The notes under the pieces: model-generated
Told to the model about the DNA's origin: nothing
Seen by the model: only the letters and a program-made list of their open reading frames with translations
Database searches by the model: none
Made by a program: the position numbers and the translations under genes
Source of the DNA: Thermoflexus hugenholtzii JAD2
Lineage (GTDB): Bacteria; Chloroflexota; UBA11872; UBA12225
Length of the DNA stretch: 64,000 nt
Assembly (NCBI GenBank): GCA_945865725.1
Contig: CAMBEO010000004.1
Coordinates: 2,016 to 66,015 of the forward strand
Direction of reading: 5' to 3'
Shown here: positions 18,970 through 27,724 of the stretch, piece after piece
Position numbering within the stretch: the first letter of the stretch is position 1
Layout: every line of letters starts with the position of its first letter

Positions 18970-20571
18970 ATGTTTGACCTCCTCGTCACTGGCGGGACCG
19001 TTGTCGATGGGACGGGAGCGCCCGCGTATCGCGCCGACGTCGCGGTGAACGGCGACCGCATCGCGGCGATCGGCGCCCTTGCCCATGCGTCCGCCGCGCG
19101 CACGGTCGATGCCACCGGGAAGGTCGTCGCCCCCGGGTTCATCGACATGCACACGCACTCCGACCTCACGTTGCGGGCGGACGCGCGCGGGTGGAGCAAG
19201 TTGCGCCAGGGGGTGACGACCGACGTGGTCGGCAACTGCGGCATGACTCCGTACCCGGTCGCCGCAGACCCCGAGCGCGAGCGCGTCCTCAAGGAGTCGC
19301 TGTTCGCGATCGCGGACGACATGCCGTGGGGATGGCACGGGTTGCGGGGCTACCGCGAGACGCTCCAGGCGCAGGGCATCGCGATCAACGTCGCGCCGCT
19401 GGTCGGTCACTCGGCGATTCGCGGCGCGGCGATGGGCTTCGGGGAGGGCCACGCGACGGCCGACGACCTCGCGGCGATGCGGCGCCTGCTTTCCGAGGCC
19501 CTTGATGACGGCGCGTTCGGCCTCTCCACCGGCCTGACCCTGCCGCCGAGTTCCTACGGGGACACTGACGAGGTGGTCGCCCTCTGCGCCGCCCTCGCGG
19601 CTCGCCCCGGGCGCCTGTATTGCAGCCACGTGCGCGGTGACACCGTCGATGGGCCGACGGGGATGCGCGAGGCCCTCGAGATCGGGCGGCGCGCCGGCGT
19701 GCCAGTCCACCTCGCGCACATGGCGGTCAACGACCCGCGCCGGTGGGGTACCGCCAGCGAGGTGATGGACGAGATGGACGGTGCCGCGCGCGCGGGCGTG
19801 GACGTGACCTGCGACGTCTACCCGTATGCGGCCTCAAGTTCGGGCTTCTCGCAGTGCTTGCCGGGCTGGGCGCAGTCGGGCGGGCGCCTCGACACTGTCG
19901 CGCGCCTGCGCGACCCGTCAACCCGGGCGCGCATCCGGGACGACATGGAGGGGGACGGCCTCCTCGCCGGGTGGCCGTGGCACTGGGACCGCCTGATGGT
20001 CTGCCGCGTGGTCAACCCCGAATGGCGCCACGCCGAGGGGATGACCTTTGCCGACCTCGCCGCCACTCGGGGGGTCGCGCCGATCGACGCCGCGCTCGAC
20101 CTGATGGCCGCCGACGAGGGGCGCGTCCAGATCATCTTCTTCTACCGCACCGAGGAGGACATGCGGACGTTCCTGCGCCACCCGCGGTCGATGGTCGGGT
20201 CGGACGGGTCGGCACTCACCGCCGGCGGTCCCACCGGAGGCGGGCGCCCGCACCCGCGGAACTACGGCGCGGCGGCGCGCGTCCTCGGTCGCTACGTGCG
20301 CGAGACCCCGGTCCTCGGCCTCGAGGACGCGATCCATCGCATGTCGGGGAAGGTGGCCGACCGCCTCGGCGTGCGCGACCGCGGCCGGATCCGGGCCGGC
20401 TTCGCCGCGGACCTGGCGGTGATCGATCCGCACGCCGTCGTCGACCACGCCACGTTCGAAGCCCCGCACCAGTACGCCACGGGCGTGCCGTGGGTCGTCG
20501 TCAACGGGGCCGTCGCGGTGGCCGACGGCGAACCGACCGGGGTGCACCGCGGGCGAGTCCTCGCGGCGTGA
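18970..20571 (+). CDS. N-acyl-D-amino-acid deacylase (D-aminoacylase) family amidohydrolase
   Basis: 'MFDLLVTGGTVVDGTG...VAVNGDRIAAIG' followed by 'GFIDMHTHSD' (HxH metal site). The 533-aa length is typical. Confidence 0.8.
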   Translation: MFDLLVTGGTVVDGTGAPAYRADVAVNGDRIAAIGALAHASAARTVDATGKVVAPGFIDMHTHSDLTLRADARGWSKLRQGVTTDVVGNCGMTPYPVAADPERERVLKESLFAIADDMPWGWHGLRGYRETLQAQGIAINVAPLVGHSAIRGAAMGFGEGHATADDLAAMRRLLSEALDDGAFGLSTGLTLPPSSYGDTDEVVALCAALAARPGRLYCSHVRGDTVDGPTGMREALEIGRRAGVPVHLAHMAVNDPRRWGTASEVMDEMDGAARAGVDVTCDVYPYAASSSGFSQCLPGWAQSGGRLDTVARLRDPSTRARIRDDMEGDGLLAGWPWHWDRLMVCRVVNPEWRHAEGMTFADLAATRGVAPIDAALDLMAADEGRVQIIFFYRTEEDMRTFLRHPRSMVGSDGSALTAGGPTGGGRPHPRNYGAAARVLGRYVRETPVLGLEDAIHRMSGKVADRLGVRDRGRIRAGFAADLAVIDPHAVVDHATFEAPHQYATGVPWVVVNGAVAVADGEPTGVHRGRVLAA

Positions 20572-20595
20572 CTTGACCGGGCGACCGGAACTTCG

Positions 20596-21138
20596 CTAGA
20601 TGGCGCGCCCGCCGTGCCGATAGGCACGTGTCGCGTTGCGCGCCACCTTGGCCTCGACGGCACCGGGCAAGTCGAGGCCCAAGGCGGTCGCCACCGCCTC
20701 CACCTGCATGCACGGCAAGGCGATCCCCGTCGCGAACGCGGCAATCGACGGGGGTGCGCCCGCCATGGCGTCGATAACCCGTCCGATCGCCGCCGCGATG
20801 ACGCCAAGCGCCGCGACCAGGCCCTCGGTCGTGGCGGTGTCATGTCCCCCGGGCACGGCACTTGGGGTGTCGCCTTCCCGAAGGACCTCCACGCCGAGGC
20901 CGGCCCCAAGGTCGAGGAGGCGGATCGTCACGTCAGCCAGCTCCTCGACGAGGTGAGCGGCGTCGACGGGGGGCTTGCGTACCGCCTCGATGGCCTCTGC
21001 CACCTCGGTGATCGCGAGGGCAAGGAGTGCGACGATCCCGGTGCGATCGGCGAGCGAAACAGGCGCATCCCACCCGTTCGCGCCGTTGACGGCGCGGATG
21101 CGCGCCTGGATCGCGCCCGACGGTCGAATCCTGGTCAC
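20596..21138 (-). CDS. MazG-like nucleotide pyrophosphohydrolase
   Basis: 'EVAEAIEA' and 'EELADVTIRLLDL' are the MazG EExxE / ExxD helices. Start placed at GTG 21138 with a GAGGG 9 nt upstream; the longer track ORF (to 21276) would run through a perfect 18-bp hairpin. Confidence 0.55.
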   Translation of the reverse strand: MTRIRPSGAIQARIRAVNGANGWDAPVSLADRTGIVALLALAITEVAEAIEAVRKPPVDAAHLVEELADVTIRLLDLGAGLGVEVLREGDTPSAVPGGHDTATTEGLVAALGVIAAAIGRVIDAMAGAPPSIAAFATGIALPCMQVEAVATALGLDLPGAVEAKVARNATRAYRHGGRAI

Positions 21139-21220
21139 CCGTGCACCCTCGAAGCCCAGTCTACGGGCGCGCGGCACGACCAGCTGAGAGGCGTCATGGG
21201 ATGCACCGCGAGGCGGTGGT

Positions 21221-21267
21221 GCCCGCCCGGGTCGTGCGTCGGGGGAGACCGCACGACCCGGGCGGGC
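21221..21267. other. perfect 18-bp stem / 11-nt loop hairpin in a 310-nt gap
   Basis: GCCCGCCCGGGTCGTGCG (21221-21238) is the exact reverse complement of CGCACGACCCGGGCGGGC (21250-21267). The loop is TCGGGGGAGAC. Confidence 0.7.
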
Positions 21268-21406
21268 CACTTGCACCGGGGCCGATCCTGGCCGTCGTTG
21301 GCCAAGCAGGCTCTCGGCACCTCCGGCGCTAGGGGAACGCCTCGGGCAACATGATGATGGGCCGGCGGTGCCGGGACCAGTCCGGTCGATCCGACCGAAC
21401 CTTGGG

Positions 21407-21441
21407 CCACGGCGTTCGTGCAGGTTGCACGAACGCCGTGG
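21407..21441 (-). terminator. 16-bp perfect hairpin 6 nt downstream of the MATE stop (terminator-like, no U-tract)
   Basis: CCACGGCGTTCGTGCA-GGT-TGCACGAACGCCGTGG. The MATE stop codon is at 21448-21450. No T-run follows on either strand, so it is not a canonical intrinsic terminator. Confidence 0.4.
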
Positions 21442-21447
21442 CGGGGC

Positions 21448-22926
21448 CTATTCCGCGCCTGCGAAGGCCGGCATGGCGGGCGCGCCGGCGGCGCGGTTGC
21501 GCCAGTCCCCCTTGGAGAACCGCCACCGGAGTGCCGCGAAGTTGGCGACCGAAGAGAGGCCGAAGCCAGCCACGGCGCCGGCGAGGCCCCACTCGAGGAC
21601 GGTGGCGCACACCCATGCGACGGGCAGGATGATCAGCCATCCGGTGGCGATCGAGGTGAACATCGGGAAGCGCGTGTCGCCGACGCCGCGGAGGGCACCG
21701 CCAAGCACGAACCCCATCCCGATGATCGGCATCCCCGGCACGAAGGCGAGGAACCCTCGAGCCGCCTCGGCGACCGTCGCCTCGTCCGTCGTGAACAAGG
21801 CGGCCACGGGGCCACCAAGCGTGGCGAAGACGACCGACATCACCACCATCCACCCGGCGGCCAGTTGCTGCGCGAACCGGGTGACGGCGACGGCGCGATC
21901 ATGGTCGCGCGCCCCGATGGCCTGACCGACGAGTGACGTGGTAGCGATCATGATCCCGATCGACGGCAGCCACGCGAGGGAGCCGCCACTGAATGCGATC
22001 CGTTGCGCGCCAAGTACCGTCGGGCCAAGCGAAAGGAGGATGCGCCCGAGGACGAGGAACATCAATGAGAAGGAGAGTTGCTCGATTACCGCCGGCAGGC
22101 TCAAGGTCAGGAACTGGCGCCCCACCACGATGTCCGGCATCCACCCGGCATGGCCTGACGGTGAGCCGGCACCGAGCCGGATCCCACGAGGCGTGCTCGA
22201 CCGGAACAGCATGGCGGCGAGGTAGACCGCCCCGACGATGCGGGCGATGTTCCCGCCCCACGCCGCGCCGACGATGCCCATCTCCGGCAGGCCCCACGTG
22301 CCGAAGGCGAGGCCCCAGGCCGCGACGATGTTAATGGCATTGGAGTACATGCCGGCCACCATCGGCGTGCGGCTGTCGCCGGCGCCGCGCATCGCACCGC
22401 CGATCGCGATCTGGATCGTCAGCGGGACAAGCCCAAGCATCGAGACGACGAGGAACGAGACCGCCGTGTCCGCGATCTCGCCAGTTGCGCCGCCAAGCGC
22501 CGCCGCCGGCCCCGCAAGGGCAATCCCGATGACGGTCAGGGCGATGGCGAGGATGGTCCCGATCGAGACGCCCTGCCGCACGGCACTCGCCGCCCGTACC
22601 GGCGACCCGGCGCCCGTCGCCTGCGCGACGAGGACGGTCGTGCCGATCCCCACCGCCATGAGGCCGCTCAATACGACGAAGAAGACCTGCATGGCCACGC
22701 CGGACCCGGCGAGGGCAATGGTTCCAAGACGCCCGGTGATCGCGACGTCGGCGATGGCAACCGTGGTCTGCAGCAGCTGCTCCACGACGACCGGCCAGGC
22801 GAGACGGATGACGTCCCGGCGCAACGCATTGCCGGACACGGAGGGTGTCACCTGCGGCGCAGGCGCATCGATGGCGTCCTCGACGGTTGGCGCGATCGCC
22901 CGATCAGTGAGGGATGAGGCGGCCAT
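21448..22926 (-). CDS. MATE family efflux transporter
   Basis: 492 aa with about 12 hydrophobic helices. The N-terminal 'RDVIRLAWPVVVEQLLQTTVAIADVAITGRLG' and the internal repeat 'FLTLSLPAVIEQLSFSL' are typical MatE halves. Confidence 0.85.
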   Translation of the reverse strand: MAASSLTDRAIAPTVEDAIDAPAPQVTPSVSGNALRRDVIRLAWPVVVEQLLQTTVAIADVAITGRLGTIALAGSGVAMQVFFVVLSGLMAVGIGTTVLVAQATGAGSPVRAASAVRQGVSIGTILAIALTVIGIALAGPAAALGGATGEIADTAVSFLVVSMLGLVPLTIQIAIGGAMRGAGDSRTPMVAGMYSNAINIVAAWGLAFGTWGLPEMGIVGAAWGGNIARIVGAVYLAAMLFRSSTPRGIRLGAGSPSGHAGWMPDIVVGRQFLTLSLPAVIEQLSFSLMFLVLGRILLSLGPTVLGAQRIAFSGGSLAWLPSIGIMIATTSLVGQAIGARDHDRAVAVTRFAQQLAAGWMVVMSVVFATLGGPVAALFTTDEATVAEAARGFLAFVPGMPIIGMGFVLGGALRGVGDTRFPMFTSIATGWLIILPVAWVCATVLEWGLAGAVAGFGLSSVANFAALRWRFSKGDWRNRAAGAPAMPAFAGAE

Positions 22927-23067
22927 TCGGTCCCTTTCAGTCTCCGGTCGGACCGTCCGTACCGGTCAGAAATCCTACGGTCCCTTGATCGCGAGGCAGT
23001 GGCAGTCGAACGGTTGGCGCCTCGGGCGCCCAGAGCTTGTCACGGGCCTGTCACCTACACTCCCGCG

Positions 23068-23574
23068 ATGGAGATCGACCTCGACCCCGTGGACGAGGCT
23101 GGCGTGCCTGCCCTGATGGCCCTCGCGCAGCTGTACCAGTACGACTTCAGCGAGATCGAGGGGGGCGCCATTGGCCTCGACGGGCGGTATGCGTACCTCG
23201 ACGACCTCGTCGACCGACTAGCGGAACCGGGCGCCGGGGCATGGCTGGTCCGCCTGGTCGATCCCCACGTGCGCGTCCCGGCGCTTGCAGGCTTCGCGGT
23301 CGTCGTCGCCGTCGAGGACGGCTCGGCCGACCGCGCGATCGACGAGTTCTTCGTCCTCCGCAAGTACCGCCGTCTCGGGGTCGGCCGTGCGGCGGCAACG
23401 GCGATCCTCGCTGGCGCGCCGGGGACGTGGCTCGTGCAGGGCACGCGCCACAACCATGGCGCGCGTGCCTTCTGGAGGGACGTCATCGGCCAGGTCGCGG
23501 ACGGTCCCGTGGAGGAGGCGGAAGACCCCACCGTGACGTACCCGGCATGGGAGTACCGCTTTCGCGTCTCCTGA
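23068..23574 (+). CDS. GNAT family N-acetyltransferase
   Basis: ATG at codon 24 of the track ORF. The acetyl-CoA motif 'FVLRKYRRLGVGRAAA' (R/QxxGxG/A) is present. Confidence 0.65.
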   Translation: MEIDLDPVDEAGVPALMALAQLYQYDFSEIEGGAIGLDGRYAYLDDLVDRLAEPGAGAWLVRLVDPHVRVPALAGFAVVVAVEDGSADRAIDEFFVLRKYRRLGVGRAAATAILAGAPGTWLVQGTRHNHGARAFWRDVIGQVADGPVEEAEDPTVTYPAWEYRFRVS

Positions 23575-23683
23575 CCGCGCGTGCCAGCGGTTCCCGCGGG
23601 CGGCGTGATCGGGGTGGTCGCGGTGCCCTGCGATAGCATGTGTCCAAGGGCGCGCCGACTTGGCCGCCTCGGGGAGGTGCCAA

Positions 23684-24055
23684 GTGACCGATATTGCGAT
23701 CTGGGTAGTTCAGGGCCTCCTGGCGCTGGCCATGCTTGCTGCCGGGACGATGAAGGCGGCCACGCCGCGAGACCGTCTCATGGCCCGGATGGAGTGGGTC
23801 GGACGCTTCCCTCCTCTCGTCCCGCGCCTGATCGGGATCGCCGAGGTCGCCGGCGCGATCGGCCTGGTCGCCCCCCAGGCGCTTGACGTCCTGCCGGTCC
23901 TTACTCCCGTCGCGGGCGCGTGCCTCGCCGTACTGATGGCGGGCGCGGTCAAGGTTCATCTTGACGAGGGACGCCCCTTGCGCGGCATCGTGCCTGGCGT
24001 GTTCGGCCTGCTTGCCCTTGTCGTCGCGATCGGGCGAGGCGCCGGCTTGGCCTAG
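23684..24055 (+). CDS. DoxX family membrane protein
   Basis: GTG at 23684 lies 7 nt after GGGGAGG. There are four hydrophobic helices, and 'IGIAEVAGAIGLVAP' is typical of DoxX. The stop TAG (24053-24055) lies inside the CTAG terminus of the repeat element. Confidence 0.7.
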   Translation: MTDIAIWVVQGLLALAMLAAGTMKAATPRDRLMARMEWVGRFPPLVPRLIGIAEVAGAIGLVAPQALDVLPVLTPVAGACLAVLMAGAVKVHLDEGRPLRGIVPGVFGLLALVVAIGRGAGLA

Positions 24056-24199
24056 GAGCCTGTCCGATAATCGCAGGGACGTGGCAGGACGTCCGTCCGG
24101 GTCCCGGGGGGCGTGCGCCTCGGACCACGGCTCACGACGCAAAACGGGGCTGGTCGCCAACCATTCCCACCGACCGCCGAATCGTCGGACAAGCTCCTA
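24052..24199 (+). mobile_element. MITE-like inverted-repeat element, copy 1 (~148 bp)
   Basis: Termini are CTAGGAGCCTGTCCGA ... TCGGACAAGCTCCTA(A), inverted with one mismatch. It is about 88% identical by eye to copy 3 (63427-63576). Both ends overlap the stop codons of the convergent flanking genes. No conserved reading frame exists between copies, because indels shift the frame. Confidence 0.65.
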
Positions 24200-24769
24200 A
24201 CGGCCCTTCTTGCGACCGGTCCCGCCGTCGCCCCGACGCCCAGGCCTTCGACCACCTGGGCGGGGCGGTCGGGCCGGGTCCGTGCCATCGACTGCGGCAG
24301 CGCGTGGCTCGGTGCGGCCGAGGATGGCACCGTCGAGGCGCGCGCCACGGAGGCATGCCGTTTCGAGGCGTGCCCCGACGAGGACCGCGTGCCGGAGGTC
24401 GGCACCGGCAAGGTCCGCACCGCCCAGGTCCGCGGTGGCGAGGATGGCGTGCAGGAGGGTCGCGCCACCCAGGCATGCGCCCGACAGGTCGGTGGCCGTC
24501 AAGTTCGTCGCGGTGAGGTCGGCCCCGGTCAGGTCGGCCGAGACGAGGCGCGCCCGATGGAACTTGGCGCCCCGAGCGGCGACGCCGGAAAGGTTCGCGT
24601 CCCCAAGGTCTGCCCCCGAGACGTCGGCACCGCGCAGGTCCGCGCCCGAGAGGTCCGCCCTGCGCAAGTCCAGTCCCGCGAGGTTCGCTCCGCGCAGGTC
24701 CGCACCAGCGAGATTCGCCCCGCGCAGGTCCCGTCGGCGCAGGTCATCGACGTCGATGCGAGTACCCAT
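24197..24769 (-). CDS. pentapeptide repeat protein
   Basis: Nearly the whole 190-aa product is A(D/N)LxG pentads ('ANLAGADLRGANLAGLDLRRADLSGADLRGADVSGADL...'). Confidence 0.85.
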   Translation of the reverse strand: MGTRIDVDDLRRRDLRGANLAGADLRGANLAGLDLRRADLSGADLRGADVSGADLGDANLSGVAARGAKFHRARLVSADLTGADLTATNLTATDLSGACLGGATLLHAILATADLGGADLAGADLRHAVLVGARLETACLRGARLDGAILGRTEPRAAAVDGTDPARPPRPGGRRPGRRGDGGTGRKKGR

Positions 24770-24802
24770 CGCTCCTCGCCCGTGCCGTCGGGGCGCGACA
24801 CC

Positions 24803-25894
24803 TCACCCGTCGTACGCGTACGCCGCCACCATCTCCAGGCAATTCATGATGCCTCCGAGGTGCGCGATCTCGTAGCCGTGCGTGTTCTCGGTAGGGAAGC
24901 CGAACAGGCCGATCGACGGCGACGCCCCCGCCCGCTTCGCCATGCTTGCATCCGACCCGTACGACGTCAGGACGCCGCGTTGCACGTCGATCCCGAGGTC
25001 GTGCGCAAGGGCTGCCGCGCGGTTCGCGACGGCCTCGTCGTAGACGTTCGTCGAGTCGGCATACAAGATCACGGGGCGGTCATCGTTCACGATGTCGTAC
25101 TCGGGCATGGCCGGCACGATCTCGACGGCGATGAGGCGGTCGCCGGGGATCGTGCGCGTCGCGTACGTCGCCGACCCGCTGCCGATCTCCTCCATGCTCG
25201 AGATCACGAGGTAGACGTCCTGCGGGGGCGCCTCGTGTGCCAGTCTCGACGCCACCTCGATCAGGATCGCGACGCCGCCCTTGTCGTCAAGGGCATGACC
25301 GCACACGAAGTCGCCAATCACGACCGGTGCCTTGCGCGACCGTGCGGGCACGGCCTTGCTCCCGGCGTGGACGCCAAGGGCGGCGAGCTCCGTGCGGGAC
25401 CGCTTGCAGTCGATCCAGGCGTTGCGCCAGACCATCGGCTCGCGCCCGGCCTTGACCTTCTCGATCGGCGACTCCTCGGAGACGTGTAGCGACCCGAAGC
25501 AGAGGACGCCCGTGACGATCCCGCCCCCGTCCGCAAGGACGTCGACGAGTCCCTCCCCCCACTTGAAGGGGTAGAGGCCGCCGAGGGCTTGCACGCGGAG
25601 GCGCCCGTCCGCCTCGACCCGCTTCACGATCAGGCCAAGCTCGTCCTTGTGCGCCGTCAGGTGGAGCGGGGCGGTGTCGCTCCGCCCGGCAAAGTGGGCG
25701 ATGACGTTGTGGGCGGCGTCCTGCCAGATCCGCGTCGCCCCCGGGCCGATCGCGTCGAGGATGACGGCATCGATCTCGCGCTCGCATCCGACCGGCGAGT
25801 GCGCCCGGCAGAGTGCGTCCAGGTGCGCCAGGACCGATCCCGCGTGCCCAACCCACGGGGACTCGCGGCGAGGCGGGGGCGGGTGGTTGGGCAT
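24803..25894 (-). CDS. M42 family metallopeptidase (glutamyl aminopeptidase / FrvX-like)
   Basis: 'CRAHSPVGCEREI', 'LTAHKDELGLIVKRVE', 'GHALDDKGG' and 'SSMEEIG' match the M42 layout. Confidence 0.8.
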   Translation of the reverse strand: MPNHPPPPRRESPWVGHAGSVLAHLDALCRAHSPVGCEREIDAVILDAIGPGATRIWQDAAHNVIAHFAGRSDTAPLHLTAHKDELGLIVKRVEADGRLRVQALGGLYPFKWGEGLVDVLADGGGIVTGVLCFGSLHVSEESPIEKVKAGREPMVWRNAWIDCKRSRTELAALGVHAGSKAVPARSRKAPVVIGDFVCGHALDDKGGVAILIEVASRLAHEAPPQDVYLVISSMEEIGSGSATYATRTIPGDRLIAVEIVPAMPEYDIVNDDRPVILYADSTNVYDEAVANRAAALAHDLGIDVQRGVLTSYGSDASMAKRAGASPSIGLFGFPTENTHGYEIAHLGGIMNCLEMVAAYAYDG

Positions 25895-26021
25895 CGGCGC
25901 GCCTTTCGAGGTCGCCCGTGACCAGACGCTCGCCCGGACCCGTCGCGCGTAGGGGACGGCACGGTCGAGGCCGGCCGGGGGCCGTGGCCGATGGTACTCG
26001 CGCGCTACCCTCCGCGGTGCG

Positions 26022-27404
26022 ATGACCTCACTGCGCCGCCCGCACGCCGCCGTCCTCGGGGGAGGCGCCCTCGGCTTGACGCTCGCGTTGCGCCTGGCGC
26101 AACGGGGCGAGGCGGTGACGCTGTTCGAGCGCGAGACGGAGCCGGGAGGCCTCGCTGCCGGCTTTCGCCCCGCGCCGGAACTCCCCGGCGGCGGGCCGTA
26201 CCTCGACCGCTTCTACCATCACCTGTTCCGGTCGGACACCTCGATCCTCGCCCTCGTCGAGGAAATGGGCCTTGGCGCGCACCTGCGGTGGGGCTCGCCC
26301 ACCAACATGGTCCTTTGGCGCGGCAAGTTCTGGCAGCCGTACTCGGCCACGGGACTCCTGCGCTTCCTGCCGCTGCCGCTTCTCGACCGCGTGCGGATGG
26401 GGGCCGTCCTCGCCCTCCTGAAGGCCTGGCCGAACGAGCGTCCCTTCGAGGGCCACACCGCGGCCAGGTGGTTGCGTCGGGCAATGGGCGCGAAGGGCTT
26501 CGGCATCTTGTGGGAGCCGCTCCTGCGCGCGAAGTTCGGCGCGCGGGCCGACGACATCGCCATGCCCTGGTTCTGGTCACGCATCCATTGCCGGAGTTTC
26601 AGCCTCGGCTACCTCGACCTTGGCCACCAGGCCCTGTACGACCGGATGGTCGCCGAGATCACGCGCCTCGGCGGCACCGTCCGCCTGGGCACCAGCGTCG
26701 ACGAGGCGCACCTCGTTGGCGAGGGGGCGGACGGTGGCCAATGGGCGGTCGCGTGGCGGGATCGTGATGGCGTCGCCGGGACGAGCCGCTTCGACCGCGT
26801 CGCCTCGACGTTGCCGGTACGCGTGACGGCGCGCGTGGTGAGGGGCCTGCCCGAGGCGTGGGTCGCGCGCCACGACTGGGGCGAGGCCTACGGTGCGCAC
26901 TGCCTCGTCCTCTCCCTCGACCGGCCACTGCTGCCCCACGGCGCCTACTGGCTCAACGTCAACGACCCCGGCTACCCCTTCCTCGTGGTGGTCGAGCACA
27001 CGAACTACGCGCCCTCGTCGCTGTACGGCGGGCGCCACCTGGTCTACCTCGGGAACTACCACCCGATGGACCACCCCATCTTCGGGCGGGACATCGAGTC
27101 GGTGAAGGCGGAGTTCCTGCCGGCCCTCGCGCGTGTCGTGCCGGGGTTCGATGCGTCGTGGGTACGCGAGGCGTGGATGTTCCGCGCGCCGTACGCGCAA
27201 CCGATCGTCACGCGCGAGTACGCCGCGCACATCCCGGCGACGCGTGGGCCGCTTCCGGGACTTTGGATCGGCAGCATGTTCCAGGTCTACCCGCAGGACC
27301 GTGGCCAGAACTACTCGGTCGCCTTGGCAAACCGCCTCGCCCTCGAGATGGCGGCCGATCCCGCGCCGGGCCTCGCGGGGGTGACCCGCCGGGGCGTGCT
27401 ATAG
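26022..27404 (+). CDS. FAD/NAD(P)-dependent oxidoreductase (amine oxidase / phytoene desaturase-like fold)
   Basis: Dinucleotide-binding 'AAVLGGGALGLTLALRLAQRGEAVTLFE' followed by 'EPGGLAAGF'. Substrate unknown. Confidence 0.7.
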   Translation: MTSLRRPHAAVLGGGALGLTLALRLAQRGEAVTLFERETEPGGLAAGFRPAPELPGGGPYLDRFYHHLFRSDTSILALVEEMGLGAHLRWGSPTNMVLWRGKFWQPYSATGLLRFLPLPLLDRVRMGAVLALLKAWPNERPFEGHTAARWLRRAMGAKGFGILWEPLLRAKFGARADDIAMPWFWSRIHCRSFSLGYLDLGHQALYDRMVAEITRLGGTVRLGTSVDEAHLVGEGADGGQWAVAWRDRDGVAGTSRFDRVASTLPVRVTARVVRGLPEAWVARHDWGEAYGAHCLVLSLDRPLLPHGAYWLNVNDPGYPFLVVVEHTNYAPSSLYGGRHLVYLGNYHPMDHPIFGRDIESVKAEFLPALARVVPGFDASWVREAWMFRAPYAQPIVTREYAAHIPATRGPLPGLWIGSMFQVYPQDRGQNYSVALANRLALEMAADPAPGLAGVTRRGVL

Positions 27405-27432
27405 TCGGCCTACCTTTACAACCGCGCAGACC

Positions 27433-27568
27433 GCTCTTATCCAGAGAGGTGGAGGGACACGGCCCGACGAAACCCGGCAACCACCGCGTGCGCCATGCGC
27501 CGCGACAGGTGCCAACTCCGGCCGTCGCACCGCGGGCGCATGCCCGTGGATCGACGGCGAGATGAGCA
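27433..27568 (+). promoter_or_regulatory. SAM-I (S-box) riboswitch aptamer
   Basis: The near-consensus core is 'CTCTTATCCAGAGAGGTGGAGGGACACGGCCCGACGAAACCCGGCAACC' ... 'AGGTGCCAACTCC' ... P1 3' strand 'GATGAG', which pairs with CTTATC. It lies in the 320-nt gap upstream of the thrC-like gene. Confidence 0.85.
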
Positions 27569-27600
27569 TGCAGAGATCGATCTGCACGTCTGTACGCGTC

Positions 27601-27628
27601 CCCCGGCTCCTCGGCCGGGGTTTTTGTT
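27601..27628 (+). terminator. intrinsic terminator (riboswitch expression platform)
   Basis: CCCCGGC-TCCTCG-GCCGGGG stem-loop followed by TTTTTGTT, 33 nt after the aptamer and ~100 nt before the ATG at 27725. Confidence 0.75.
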
Positions 27629-27724
27629 CCCCCCCGGCCCCCATCTGGTGCGGCGCGGTCGATGCGGTCGCGAGGCGGCAGGCGGTTGGCCTGCCGGTCA
27701 CGACACCTAGGGGAGCATCTCCAC

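Noticed and set aside
24197-24769. Strong 15-nt DNA periodicity that could be mistaken for a tandem repeat or CRISPR-like array.
   Set aside because: It translates cleanly into A(D/N)LxG pentapeptide repeats in one long ORF. There are no unique spacers and no repeat-spacer architecture.
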